Shown here: one piece after another, positions 38,060-51,408 of the stretch
How positions within the stretch are numbered: the stretch's first letter is position 1
Layout of the letters: the number at the start of each line of letters is the position of its first letter
Origin: Carpediemonas membranifera BICM
Taxonomy: Eukaryota > Protista > Fornicata
Reading direction: 5' to 3'
Assembly: GCA_019828565.1 (NCBI GenBank)
Contig: JAHDYR010000053.1
Coordinates: 98,214-162,213, forward strand
DNA length: 64,000 bases
Notes under the pieces: model-generated
The model's input: the letters and a program-made list of their open reading frames with translations, nothing else
What the model was told of the DNA's origin: nothing
Database searches by the model: none
Made by a program: the position numbers and the translations under genes

Positions 38060-40223
38060 TGACGATCTGGTAGCAAGACTAGAGGGTAAGACCCTCTTCG
38101 CTAAGCTGGACCTAAGCAAGGCCTTTCACCAGATTCCTATGACCAAGAGCTCACGCAGACTAACGGCGTTTACAGTTGGGAAGCGTAAGTACCAGTACAA
38201 GCGTTTAGCTTTCGGACTCAAAGGGGCCGCAGCCTTCTGTCAGAAGACCCTCGAATCCGTACTGGGCGATGCACTGTGGACACGGTGTCTCGCATATGTA
38301 GACGACATAGTAATATTCGGAGAGAACCAGAGAGAGTACCTCGACAATCTGGACTATGTCTTGAGAAAGCTCAACTCGGCCAAGTTGAAGCTGAATCTGT
38401 CCAAGTCTGAGTTCGGACTGACAGAAATAGAATACTTGGGCTGGCTTGTGAATGGCGACGGCAAGCGAATCGCGCCTGACCGCCTAGAAGGCATCGACCG
38501 CCTAACCAGCCCGAGAGATGTTGCCGGAGTCAGAACCTTACTCGGGTTCACGAACTATTTTAGCCATATGATTCCGAACTACGGCAATATGATGGAGCCT
38601 GTCCTGGCTCTGACGAGAGCCAAGGAAGAGTTCCGTTGGGAGAAGGCCCAACAAGATGCCCTAGTCGACATCAAAGCGACCCTATCTCAGAACAACATGT
38701 TAAGTCACCCCAAGCGTGGCTGCCAATTAATCCTACAAACCGACGCGAGTGACTACGCTGTCGGGGCAGTTTTGTTACAGATCGAAGACGGGGAGGAGCG
38801 TCCGATTGCTTTCTATTCCAAGACACTATCGGATGTTCAAAGAAGGTGGAGCACCTATGAAAAGGAAGGCTTCAGCATTTATTACGCTATGATCAAGGCC
38901 GAGCGGTTCCTAGTAGGCAGGCCGTTTACTGTGAGAACGGACCACCGGAATTTGCTGTATATCGCGACAAGCACGAACGCTAAGGTAACTAGATGGCGCA
39001 TGGCACTGGAAAGGTTCGACTATTCCGTCGTACACGTGCCTGGTCAAGCGAACGGTGCTGCCGACGCGCTATCTCGCCTATGCGGTGCAACAGTCGAGGC
39101 AGATGATCACGCCACGTGGATCTCCGAGGTTCACGGAGGCATACACGGCCATCTCGGAGCGAGAGCGACGGTGAACAAGCTTATATCGCTCGGTAGGAGG
39201 TGGAGGGGCATGTATAAGGACGCAGAGGAGTTTGTCCAGTCGTGTCCTGTGTGCCAGGTCACGCGCAAGACGGCCAAGCCCGTCCAACACTTGCGCCACC
39301 GTACGGCAGGTCGCCTGCCGTTTGATGTCGTGCAGGTAGACACGATCGGACCCATCGCGGAGAGCGAGGGTCTGCGGTACGTGTGCGTGTTAATTGACAC
39401 GTACTCGAAGCTAACTATGCTGGTCCCCACGCGTTCGACGGACGCAGATGCCGCGGCAGGGGCAATTTTGGCCTGGGTGGGTCACTACGGAATTCCCCGG
39501 GTGATTCACAGCGACGGGGGCAGCCAGTATAGAAATAAGCTGATTGACGCTCTAATGGAAAGGCTCGGGTCGCAACATCACGTCGGCACGCCTTACCGCC
39601 CGGGTTCTCAAGGAATAGTTGAGAGGGTCAACGCCGAGGTTAAGAGGCATCTAGAGACGCTAATGCTCGATCTGCAGGAGTTTAGATGGACACGGCTACT
39701 ACCTTTGGCTCAGTACATCATTAATTCAACATCTGTGGCCAGGACAGGCCTATCGCCACTGAATTTGCTTTATAACCAAGACGTGGTCGTAAGACCAGAA
39801 TATATCATGAGCAATGAGAGCAAGATGCCATTTGAGGCCTTCAAGCGCAGCCTGGAACTACAGAGAGTCATCCAAGACCAGGCGCTGCAACAACAAACAC
39901 CAGCAGAAGCATCGCACGTGGCCCTATCGAACAAGCCAGTGCTGGTAACGACCACTGTCGGCCGCCGCACGAAGCTGGCTGGGCCAATGTGGTGCCAGGG
40001 ACCCGCAGAGTCGCCGAACGTTTACTTCGTGGAGAACCTGACGACAGGCGTAGTGGCTAAGGTCCATGCCGAGCGTCTAAGACATTTTGAGTCTGACGCG
40101 ACAAGGGCTGAGTTGACACGGCTCGCGGCCCAGAGAGTTGACGAATATGTCGTAGAAGCGATCGACTCTCACAAATTTGAGGACGGCGTCCTTCACCTAC
40201 ATGTGCTGTGGGAGGGGTACCTC
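38060..40223 (+). CDS. pol: Element A RT-RNase H-integrase and chromodomain start
   Basis: Motifs LDLSKAFHQI, YVDD, TDAS, HHCC, DTIGP, SDGG and YVVEAI..VLWEGY. The chromodomain finishes at 41591-41728 (EEEATWE) after C. Confidence 0.95.
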
Positions 40224-41586
40224 TGTGCCGTTCTTGGGCCTTGTAAGCCTCCCGTCTGATGAGGAACCTGCAGTCCTTCGTCTCGTGGTGCGGGTTCCAG
40301 CCATGCTGTGTGCAGTATCTCGTGTGGGAAGGAGGCATGCGGAACTTGGTCTTGTCCCTGAACTGCTGGAACGGATCGCGACCATCGAGCCTGCGAGCGA
40401 GCGGCTTCCTGCCTGAAGTGCCCGACGCCTGCTCGTTGTTGTCGGCTTGTGGGCTGGCGAGTCTGAAGGCACGCCATGGGATAATGATGTTCTCGTCGTG
40501 ATCAACATCCAAGTCGCGAAGTTTGTCGAGAAGTTCGCTGATCTTGTCGGAGTAGTCCTCAATCTCTTCTTCGTATACATCCTCGGCTTCTTTGGAGAAA
40601 CCTCTAGTGGCGAAGTCCCGAATGATCCGCTCGAGCAGTTTTGCGGAGATGGTGGGGACGTCCTTGATGTCTGGGTTGAGGGCGCTTATGAGCTTACGTG
40701 CCTTCTCGACGGCCGTTCGGTGCCGGGGCTCCGGACCGTATAGCGTGATGTTGTCGAGCTTTGCCTTGAGGAGCTTGGCTCTTGCGCCCGGGTCCGTACT
40801 AGTCAAGAGGGTATATGCGAGGTAGGGGGCGATGGAGGTCGCCTCCTTGGCGAGGAAAGCGTAGACGTCCCCGCCATCGAAGACTGGCCAAGCCGCCGAG
40901 GAGGGGGCGGGCTTGGTCTCCTCGGGCACTGGGGGCATGTACACGAACGCCACCGAGACGTCTTCGCCGTCCGTGCCGGTCAGGTTGCCAGGCCGTGCGA
41001 CTGTCTCGACGTTTGCGATGTCGTAGTCGTCGGTCAGCTGGGTGAAGAAGTCGCGGGTCTTCTTGCCGCAGTCAGTCCGTATCTGGGGATGTTGAGCTTC
41101 AAGGCACTCCCGGGTCATTGCTGTCAGGGTGGGGTCCTTGTGCTTCGCTGCACACTCGCTACAGGCGGCGAACGTGGCTTTTCTTATGGTCTTCTGTACC
41201 TCCTCTACCCAGATGGCGGTGAGGTTGTCGGTCTTCGTTGTACGGGCTCGTGCCGCAGTACTGGCAGAGCTTGTGTTCGCCGCGCGGCGAGCATCGGAAT
41301 CGGACAGAACGGTTCGTTGTAGGTCCTCGAAAGTGTCAAAAAGAGTGGTTGGGAGCCACTGGGCGCGAAGTTTTTCTGTTGTCTCGGGGGACAATGCCCT
41401 AAAGAACGAAATTGGATTCTTCTCGTGGGGCATCGCCGAGAGGTACTCCTGGAGTGCTCTCTCGACGGCGAACGGGGTGTCAATTGTAAGAGTCTTCATT
41501 TGAATCGGCAGTATCGATACTGTGCCGTGCTAGGGCCCAGAAATATGATAAAGACTGTTTTACGAATTCCGCAGGTTAAGGGCACA
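40224..41586 (-). mobile_element. Element C: gag-only LTR element with a single 66-bp LTR (41521-41586)
   Basis: LTR TGTGCC..GGCACA; 4-bp TSD CCTC; gag from ATG 41499 with a C-x2-H-x5-H-x4-C knuckle. The other end matches the LTR end at 15/17 positions. Confidence 0.85.
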
Positions 41587-42130
41587 CCTCGAGGAAGAGG
41601 CGACATGGGAACGCTTCAACGCCGACCTTGATGAACTTAGGGCATTTGAGGAGTACCTCGCAGACAAACCGAGTTTGCGCAGAAAACTCCGAGGTCAAAG
41701 GAAATTAGCTTCCTATAGGCAGCGCTAATAACCAACGGCTCATCAAAAAGCCATTTTGGGGTTTTGCCCAGTTGGTGACCGCAGCCTAGGGGGGAAGAGC
41801 AGAACGTTGGAATCTAGTTACTGATATTGGTTATTTCTTATGTTCTACACCATTCTGTGCGCTATTTGTTCGTTTAGAACAGCGTTCTTCAGACTATTGT
41901 GCTCAATTGCGTTTTTGACTTCACTGGAGTCGGTCTGGCGGGTTTTGCATTTCGCCGGACTTGAACCGTTAGAATTTTTGCTGACGGTTGGGAGGCACGT
42001 TTGAGCTTGTGGACGGTTTGGGATCATGGGGGGAAGTGTCATGACGACATCATTTAATGATCAGTCTTATTTGGTCAATGATCTCAAACCTGCTTCTAAA
42101 TTTCACTCTCTCAATTGTTTGGGTACCACA

Positions 42131-43940
42131 AGCTGGCAGTGGGGGCAGGCCTTGATCCAGCGTCTGATGTCTTTGTACATGCCAGGCCACGTGGTCTTGG
42201 CGGCTTTGACACGGCGAATGCACTCGTCGACGCCGAAGTGTCCGACCGCGTCATTGTGGACGGCGGAGAACTTGTCGAAGTGAGGCTCTTGGACGACAGC
42301 GTTGACTACAGGCGCGTCGGGGAGGATCCGGGAGAGGACGTCTGCAATGACGTTGTCGACGCCACGGACGTGCTGAATGGTGAAGCGAAACTCGGATAGT
42401 CGTAGGGCCCAGCGGAGAAGCTTTTTGACAGTCGGGGCCTTCCGTCTGAGTTGGACGAGGTTGCTATGGTCGGTGTGGACATGTAGGTCAGACTTGATCT
42501 GGAAGAGGGGTTCGAAGACCTTGTTGGTGAGGACAGAGATCACGGCATGCAACTCTTGTTCGTATGTTGACCAATTCGACATGGTCTTGTCGTAGGTCTT
42601 CTGGAAACAGGCCAGAATTGAGCGAGTACCGTCCTCCTCATCTTGTATTAGCACGCCTCCTTCGCCAAGTGATGAAGCGTCGGTGTAAATGTGCCAGGGT
42701 CTATCGAGGTCTGGGTATGTTAGGCTGATGTGAAGCGCCAACTGGGACTTGATGTCGTCAAAAGCAGTCAGTTGTTCCTCGCCGAAGACGAACTCGCCGG
42801 CTCTGAGTGACCGGTTGAGTGTGGCGAGTGACTTGGTGGCGTCAGGCAGGAACTGTGCGATGTAGTTGATCTTTCCGAGGATTGACTTCAACTCAGACTG
42901 GTCCCGGGGGGCCTGAGGCTGACGATGGCCTGGATGCGGTCGGGGTCGACATGTATGCCATTTCGGTCGACGATAAAGCCGACCGATCTGACCTCGGAGG
43001 CGCCGATGACGCATTTTGCGGGCGAGAGCTTGAGGTTATGCTCCCGCAAGGCCATGAATATGGTGCGCAGGTCGTCGATGAACGTGTCATCTGAGTGGGC
43101 GGCCTCGAGGATGTCGTCGAGGTACGCCTTGCAGCGGCCGGTGGCAATGGCGGGTGCCATGACGGCCTGGATGGTACGCTGGAAGTACGAGGGCGCCGAG
43201 GCAAGGCCGAACGGGACGCGGGTGTACTGTAGGTAGTCGTCTGGCGTGACAAAGGCGGAGAGGGCTTGTGAATCTTCGTGGAGGGGAAGCTGGTGATATC
43301 CCTTGACGAGGTCAAGAGCAGCGAACCACTTCGCGCCGCGCATGGACATCAGAAACTCTCTGATGTTAGGTAGCGGGAAGTGATCCTCCACGAGGTGCTT
43401 GTTCAGCTCCGAGTAGTCGACGCACATGCGTGTCTTGTCTTTCTGCTTGACGAGGACGATAGGTGAGGCGAAAGGGCCTTTGGAGGGAGTGACGATGCCA
43501 TTCTGGGCGAGCTCCGCTACGATCTCCTTCGTCTTCTTCCTGTTATCAGGCGAGAGGCGGCGCGGCTTAATCTGCACGAGGGTATCGTCCTTGACGTGCA
43601 AGACCATGGGGGGAACGTTGGCCGGTTCAGGACCGAGCGGCTCGAAGATGTCTGAGAACTCTCGCAGAAGTGGCACGACGCGAGAGCGGAGCTCGTCCGA
43701 GGGTATTTGGACTGACTGCCAGCCCGAGCGGTAGTCTGCAAGGGCTGACTGTAGCCTTGATCCGGACACCGAGAACACTGGGAGGACGACGTCGTCAGCC
43801 GCTGGCGTAGAGTGTGTGAGCCCAAGCGATAGGCCGTCTGAAGTGAGAACGCCGAGGTCTCTGAGAGTGTCGCACCCGATTAGAGGACACTGGCGGCCAG
43901 GGAGGATGATGAAACGGACGGAGACAGCGACAGGGAATCC
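42131..43940 (-). CDS. pol: Element D protease end, RT, RNase H and integrase Zn finger (frameshift at a G run near 42905)
   Basis: Motifs LIGCDTL, RMCVDY, YLDD, YTDAS and GHFG..CPHC. Confidence 0.93.
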
Positions 43941-45601
43941 CATACTGTCAACATCCCTAGATTATCTTTGCTAAACCCTAGATTATCTTCGACCTCAAAA
44001 AGCTAGATAATCTACGGTTGCAAGAAAAAATGAACTCGACGATGAGCCGGAGCTGGATCTTCAAAGTGGTATGGTAGTACTTGGCTATACCTAAGCAATA
44101 CGCATGCGCAGTATCAAACTTTAAATCCTGCTAGAAAAAAGTAACATAGGGACAAATTCGAATTGAGAGTTGAGACTCAAAAAACGGGCAGGGTGGAGGA
44201 AATGGTCCATAGGTACGCCTTATGGGTCGCTTCCTCCCCTCTGCCCCTTTTTATCGCAAAAATCGATTTGCCGGATTTGACACACGTTTGATGTGATCAA
44301 AATGGATTTGATAGACATGGGTCCAGATCATGCAGTTGGCCATCCTGAAGCGCTAGGGCGGCCTGCAGCCCGCAGCAATGCCTCTGCTGAATGCCCTTCA
44401 TGCCTGACGGACAGGACGCGCGTTGACTCAAAAGGACTGCATGTTTCGGCATCAGAAGAAGGCGTGGAATACAGAGGAGTCATCGCCGAACCGCTCCGAC
44501 CAAGTCGGTTATTAGGACATCGCGTTCAGACGGCCTCTGCAATTACCAAGTCAATAGATGGGAGTCGACCTGATCAGCACGTCATTTGGGGTCTCTGGTG
44601 ACCCTATAGCTGAGCTTGGCTGGGCGCTGCTGCAGCCATGGGCCGCTAGCGCGCTGCTTGGCTCGTTTCTCCTCGTATAGCTGCCGTAGAGGTCTGATCT
44701 GAGCCTCGTTATAATAGTCTGCCCGAGTAGACTCCAGCCACACCGTAAATGTCCCCAAACTCCCCCTCCCAGTCGCTCATACCTCCAAAATGGCCTATAT
44801 TCCCTGTAGGAAGCCTAATAAGAGCGGATTTCCCATAATTCATAGTATAGAGGGAAGAGACTTTTGCTACCCAGTCTCCTGATCGTGGCTTCAATTTTCA
44901 CCGGGAGCAATATGCTCTTTTTTGGCAGACAACGCCGCTCCGAGCTCTATCGCGCCCAGCGGTGCCTGCAGCAGCCAGAACAGAGCTAGAATTCGGGTGA
45001 TTTTTAATCTCGATCGAAATGCTGCTGACGCACGCTCTAGAGGGACTGAAGCGCTCCTCGAGGCGCCAATGAATGGAGATAGATCGTGTTGTTCGCGTTT
45101 ACTTTGAATACTGCAGCAATAATGGAGATGATGAAACTTGCTGGGTAATACGGACGTATTCCTGAACTCCACGTCCTGGAATCGTCATAAAGCTCCTACA
45201 CGATCACTCTACATGCCCCGGAAGCATTGTACGCATGCTCTGAACCGCTGGAGCTGATGTTGGGCTGCTCCGCAGAACAAGGGATGATCGCTCATGGACG
45301 TCTGAAAGCAGATCCTGGACGATAGAAGGTACGAAGAGAACACGTAAACATTTACATTCATTGCGACGCGTATGCCAACTGGGTTGGCACTGGCGACATC
45401 AACGCAGACTTCGCCATCGCTGTCGGTGGTAGGCGAGTCGTTGATGTTGTTAAGGAGTGATGTGGATGATGGAACTTGCTGTTGAGGGCGCCGGTGATGC
45501 GGGGCTGGCGTGGGGCTGGCGGTTGCGGTGTGGGTGTGGCGCAGAGGGCGGTAACGTCGTGGCGCAGAGGGCGCTGGCGTAGGGGTGCTGTGTGGGCGCT
45601 G

Positions 45602-45980
45602 CGATGAGGGCGCCAGAAATGAGGCGCCAGGGATGAGGCGCCAGGGATGAGGGCGCCATGGATGAGGGCGCCAGGGATGAGGCGCCAGGGATGAGGCGCC
45701 ATGGATGAGGGCGCCAGGGATGAGGCGCCATGGATGAGGGCGCCAGGGATGAGGCGCCATGGATGAGGGCGCCAGGGATGAGGCGCCAGGGATGAGGAGC
45801 GCCAGGGATGAGAGCGCCATGGATGAGGAGCGCCAGGGATGAGGCGCCATGGATGAGGGCGCCAGGCATGAGGCGCCAGGGATGAGGGCGCCAGGGATGA
45901 GGCGCCATGGATGAGGGCGCCAGGGATGAGGCGCCAGGGATGAGTGCGCCAGGATGAGGGCGCCAGGATGAGGGCATCAG
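45602..45980 (+). repeat. G-rich minisatellite, copy 4 (includes CCATGGATGA variant)
   Basis: Tandem array. Confidence 0.95.
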
Positions 45981-46046
45981 GCATGTGAGGGGCGCTGCTG
46001 CTGGCGTGGTGGCGCTGTGCGGGCGCCTCAGGCCACAGTACAGTAT

Positions 46047-46390
46047 CGAACCCCGAAAACGCCATAATGCCAACACCAATGAGCTTCATCAACGAAGATG
46101 CGCTCACTGGTGCCGGTTATGGCGTTTTCGGGGTTCGTCGACATTCTGCTCCCAAATCTGCACCAGAATTTTTCTGGAGCATACCCGGGAGCTGGGCCAG
46201 ACGAGTGGTGCCGCAGGTGCCTAGCTCCGCTGCTCAGCCTCTTCCAGGCGGCACTCGTTTGAATTCTGCACGAAAAAAAATCAGACAACGAAAGATGGGC
46301 AAAGGGCCCCGAAAACGCTGTAGTACCAGCGCAAGTGAAGCATTTTGTAATAGAATAGCTTACTTGCGCTGGTGCTGTATTTCGAGGGCT
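46047..46390. other. Twin hairpins, diverged copy 4
   Basis: 21-bp stem CGAACCCCGAAAACGCCATAA at 46047-46137; second hairpin retained. Confidence 0.85.
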
Positions 46391-47622
46391 CTCTCCCCCG
46401 TGCTCTCCCCCCGGTGGCTCTCCTGGGGCTCTTCCCCCCGGCTCTCTTCCCCTGGGGCTCTCCTGGGGCTCTCTTCCTCCGGGCGCTCTTCCCCTGGGGG
46501 CTCTCCTGGGGCTCTTCCCCCGGCTCTCTTCCCCTGGGGCTCTCCTGGGGCTCTCTTCCTCCGGGCGCTCTTCCCCCCGGCTCTCTTCCCCTGTGGCTCT
46601 CCTGGGGCTCTCTTCCCCTGTGGCTCTCCTGGGGCTCTTCCCCCGGGGAGCTCTCCTGGGGCTCTTCCCCCCGGCTCTCTTCCCCTGGGGCTCTCTTCCT
46701 CCGGGCGCTCTTCCCCAGGGGGCTCTCCTGGGGCTCTTCCCCCCGGTGGCTCTCCTGGGGCTCTTCCCCCCGGCTCTCTTCCCCTGGGGCTCTCCTGGGG
46801 CTCTCTTCCTCCGGGCGCTCTTCCCCCCGGCTCTCTTCCCCTGTGGCTCTCCTGGGGCTCTTCCCCCCGGCGCTCTTCCCCCGGGGGCTCTCCTGGGGCT
46901 CTCTTCCTCCGGGCGCTCTTCCCCTGGGGCTCTCCTGGGGCTCTTCCCCCCGGCTCTCTTCCCCCGGGGGCTCTCCTGGGGCTCTCTTCCCCCTGGCGCT
47001 CTTCCCCTGGGGCTCTCCTGGGGCTCTTCCCCCGGCTCTCTTCCCCTGGGGCTCTCCTGGGGCTCTCTTCCCCCTGGCGCTCTTCCCCTGGGGCTCTCCT
47101 GGGGCTCTTCCCCCCGGCTCTCTTCCCCTGGGGCTCTCCTGGGGCTCTTCCCCCCGGCGCTCTTCCCCCGGGGAGCTCTGCTCTCTTCCTCGGGCGCTCT
47201 TCCCCAGGGGGCTCTCCTGGGGCTCTTCCCCCCGGCTCTCCTGGGGCTCTCTTCCCCCCGGCTCTCTTCCCCTGGGGCTCTCCTGGGGCTCTCTTCCTCC
47301 GGGCGCTCTTCCCCCCGGCTCTCTTCCCCTGTGGCTCTCCTGGGGCTCTCTTCCCCTGTGGCTCTCCTGGGGCTCTTCCCCCCGGCGCTCTTCCCCCGGG
47401 GGCTCTCCTGGGGCTCTTCCCCCCGGCTCTCTTCCCCTGGGGCTCTCTTCCTCCGGGCGCTCTTCCCCGGGGCTCTCCTGGGGCTCTTCCCCCCGGCTCT
47501 CTTCCCCTGTGGCTCTCCTGGGGCTCTCTTCCTCCGGGCGCTCTTCCCCCGGGGGCTCTTCCCCTGGGGCTCTCTTCCTCCGGGCGCTCTTCCCCCCGGC
47601 TCTCTTCCCCTGGGGCTCTCCT
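46387..47622 (+). repeat. C-rich minisatellite with a different unit (CTCTTCCCCTGGGG / CTCTCCTGGGG)
   Basis: Tandem array. Confidence 0.95.
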
Positions 47623-48108
47623 CCATTTAAACCATCTTCATGTCTTGCCTTCTTGATGTTGTTATTGAGAGCTGTTTTCGTGTCCACAGGCTTGACCAGT
47701 CTCATTACAAGGTTCATTCAGTGCCAAATCGTCGTTTATTCTGATCATTCTCGTTGACATGGTCGATAACAGAAGATGATGTTGATTAAAAGGGTTTTGG
47801 AGGCATTACTAGCGCAAAAAACTGGACGGCTCCAAACTACACGCGTTTCGGCGTTGATATTGGTTATTAAGTGCACTGCTGGTAGCATATTGAGGGATTT
47901 CGTCACTGTACTCGAATGCACAAGTGTGCAGTTTATGCTTTCTCGGCCAGCCGACGATATTTACCACCACAGACAGCTGCATACAGGCTGTAGACTAGAC
48001 ATATACAGCAGGCTGAGTAATATAGCACCATACCCACCTACAAACCGCGAATCAACCTCAAGGTCACATAAACATAAGCGATACGGTCGGTATATCAATC
48101 CTTTACTC

Positions 48109-50013
48109 TTACTTCTTCACTGACCATCTCCTCCTCTTCAGCCCGGGAGGAACCTTGCGCAGAGTGGCGTGTCCCCTTGTCACTTCGACCGCATACTCGA
48201 TTTTCCACTCGCGACACTGTTGGGCAAAACACGCCAGGGCGCTCTGGCCGTTTTCGTTGGGCTTAAACGCGACATGTGTCACCTTGCCCTCCTCAGACTT
48301 GCTAAAAACGTACATGCCGACGACTGGATCGATCTTTGGGTCAAAATCCCGGACAACATGGAGGTATGCAACGGACTTTCCAGTCATTGAGCACCAGGCT
48401 TCAACAGCCCACTGAGTCAACCACTTCTCCTGCATGATTGGCTTACCGATGTTGCCCTCCTCCGTGACAGTGTGTACACTGCACACTTCATGGAAAAGTT
48501 CGTCCCGGAGACCCTCCTCGGGCCGCCTGTACCCCGGAGTGGCCCGCCGGTTCATCTCTATCGCTTCCTTGTATATCTGCTCGCGGTAGTTGTCCGCCTT
48601 CGTCTCCACTGCACACTGCTCTTCATTCGTCATCGTCTCCCAGCTCTTGAACGCATGAGGCTCCGTGACGCCCTCGATCATCATGAGGCAGTGTGTTATG
48701 CAGTTGCCGTGGGGTAGGGTTTTGTATCTGACCCACTGCTTGCTCTTCTCCAGCTGATTGGCGACGTCAACTCTAAACTTGACTTCCCTGCTCCTCATCT
48801 GCTCGGAAGCTGGGTCGACGTGGTCGACCTGGACATATTCAACGTCCGACTCAGCCTCGAATGCCACCTCGTTGTCTGCCTCTTGCTCCTTATCTGCCTC
48901 ACGCTTCTCCTCTGACTCTGCATTCACCTCTGACTCAGCCATCTCGTCCTCCTGCTCCTCCTCCTCTGCCTCACCCTCCTCCACTGGCTCCTCTTCCTCC
49001 TCTGACTCCTCCTCCGAGTCCTCTGGCCTGGCCTTCTCGGGCTCAGCCTGGATGCAGGCGTCGCATTTGGTCACGTCCTCCTCATGTGACTCACCCTTCC
49101 TCTCCTCTGTCACCACCTCCTCGTGTGCCTCGCGCTTCTTCTCCTCTGTCACCATCTCCTCCTCGTCTGACTCCTCTGAGTTGCTATCGACATCAGCGAT
49201 CTTCTGAGGGATTGTCATGAGGGCCTTGCGCTTCATGTGGATTGTGTCGCTCTTCCCCGTACGGCGGGGGGGTACTCGTTCGTGCTTGGTGTGTGCCCGA
49301 CTGGGGTAGGTCGCGGCGAAACGGCGCGGGTGTCGGGCTGGCACCCATGGAGATGTCAGCTGCGTACCCCACGTCTTGCAGCAGCCTCGTGACGGTCTCC
49401 TCCAGCTCGAGTACTCTCTTCTGCGCCTTGTGATGGAGCACTCGTGCCTCCATCGGAAGAGATGGGAGGTCTTTGTGAATCCAGTCCTTCATTTCGAGCA
49501 GCTTGGATACGCGAAGGTATCTGTCGAACTGGACGTCGACGTGGTTGTCCCCAGCAACCGAAGCTGACTCTCGAGAGGCGCGAATGCGAAGCTCGCCGTG
49601 CACCTCCTTCTGGACTCTATGCCACAGGACGTAGTTGCGAGCGTTATTGTCCTCCCACTCCTTGAGCTTCTGGGCGATCTTTCTCTCGCGCCGGCGCTTG
49701 ATCGCGCGTTCTCTAATCTCATCGTCGGACTCGTTGTCAAAGTCCACCTCACTCTCACTGTCGCACAACTCAGAATCGTCGACGCCGCTCTCTTCACCAC
49801 TGTCCACGCCACTCTCATCGTCGACGGGTTCTTTCTTAGCGCTCTCGGCCTTGCCCTTGCCCTTGTCCTTCTCCTCGGCGTCAATGGCCTCAATAATGGC
49901 CTTACGCGCCTTGCGCTTCTCCTGGCTATACACGATATGCTTCAGCTTCTTGGAACTTCTTGGTCCGGCGAGTGCCATAAACTGCTTCTTCAACTTATCC
50001 TGGAGCTCCTCCT
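48109..50013 (-). pseudogene. OTU-domain gene with the shared N-terminus but a different catalytic domain (OTU-b); 5' deletion and homopolymer frameshift near 49268
   Basis: N-terminal half near-identical to the T2 gene up to CDACIQ, then TLPHGNCITHCL...VTRGHATL. Confidence 0.7.
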
Positions 50014-51189
50014 TAATAAACTGAAACCATCCACACGGCAACTATGTACCTAGGCGGCCTCAGTACCTCCAATACCTTCCGTATGTGCTTTTTTGTCCGT
50101 CCCTACTTCGTCCCACGAACCAGAAAAAAAGCGCAAAGAGAGGGCCCTTTGAATAATTCTATAACGGCAGCAGAGCATAAAACACGGTTCGAAAGGGCTG
50201 ATTTTATGCTCTATTGCCGTTAGTTCAAGCCGAGGCACGCTTCGGGCGAGCTCCGGCCAAGGGGTCCAGGAGTCAGCTTTTGGGGGAAGGTCTGTGGTGC
50301 TCTAACGTACCTCGGGACGCACTGTGGAGGCCCCTAGAGAACTCGGTCATGACATATCAGACCAAGGGTCCCTCAAATCTGGCCCTATTCAGGATGCACC
50401 CCCTAAATGTTCCGTTGCAAGCGTCTGACGGGCGTTCTCTGGATACCGACCAAGATGGAGGTCACGTGGATCAACGGGCGAGTATTGCGGTATTCTGGCC
50501 ATGCCTGGTACTCTCAAATCATCTATACTGCTCTGTGGTTCATTTATAGTTCATATCGTATGGTCCTAGTGGACTTATAGTTGTTGATGTTGTTTAGGGA
50601 TAATTGTTGCTTTAATGATGCTCTGCGCTCGCTTACTGATGTTTCTTAGTGATATGTGCATGCCTACTACGTTAAAGCCGCCAGTATTCTTTCTATTCTT
50701 AAGATCCTCATTTCGGTCTCGTTGCGAGCATAAAATGCACATTGTGAAAGGAAAGTGGGTGGTTATCTAATGGATACAGGGCAGGACAAGGTACACAATG
50801 CCGTCCTGAGGTTTGGCATGGGATACTGATCTCATACGTCAAAAATGGGCGGTGGTATTCGAATTTCAGAATTTCGGCATGTCCGAATTCCGAGGCAAGC
50901 GGGTAGGGTGTACAAAACCTGGCCTGGGTCCCTACTGGAGCTAATAGATAACAGTATCACCGTGTATTCGGTTTTCAGAAATATAACTTGTGTTGGTATT
51001 GCAATTTCAGAATTACTTCCAGTACCGGAGATTGTCTTAGAATTTGGATGTTCATGACTACTTTAAAATTTTAAAATGTTCCCATGAACCCACTCCAGCT
51101 CAGGATTGCGGATCTGAGCCAAGTTTAGGTCGAATCCAAGTATTTGATAATTTTTGTATGTACGAAATTCTGAAATTGCAATACCGCAT

Positions 51190-51408
51190 ATAGGCTGGAT
51201 CACGGTCGACAAAACCTGTATCGACGACAGGGAGGACATGCGGACTGTCCTTGAGCGCTAGCAGGGTGGGAACCTCCATACCATAATGCTCATCAACTTT
51301 GATCACGACCTGCAGCTTTTCAGGTTCAAAGTCGTGCAGATATTGTCTACTATTACCAGGTAAGGAAGTAAGTCGCTCCAGCTTGTCGCTATCTAGCTCG
51401 AACACCAT
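51190..51408 (-). pseudogene. Possible protein-kinase N-lobe fragment
   Basis: VVIKV..EVPTLLALKDSPHVLPVVD resembles kinase subdomains II-IV; no catalytic loop seen. Confidence 0.3.

Larger units (their letters stand above)
19246..42130 (+). mobile_element. Ty3/gypsy chromovirus-like element A, complete, interrupted by B, T2 and C
   Basis: 94-bp LTRs TGTCA..CCACA at 19246-19339 and 42037-42130 (1 mismatch); 5-bp TSD AGCTG; PPT GGGGGGAAG at 42028-42036. Confidence 0.95.
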
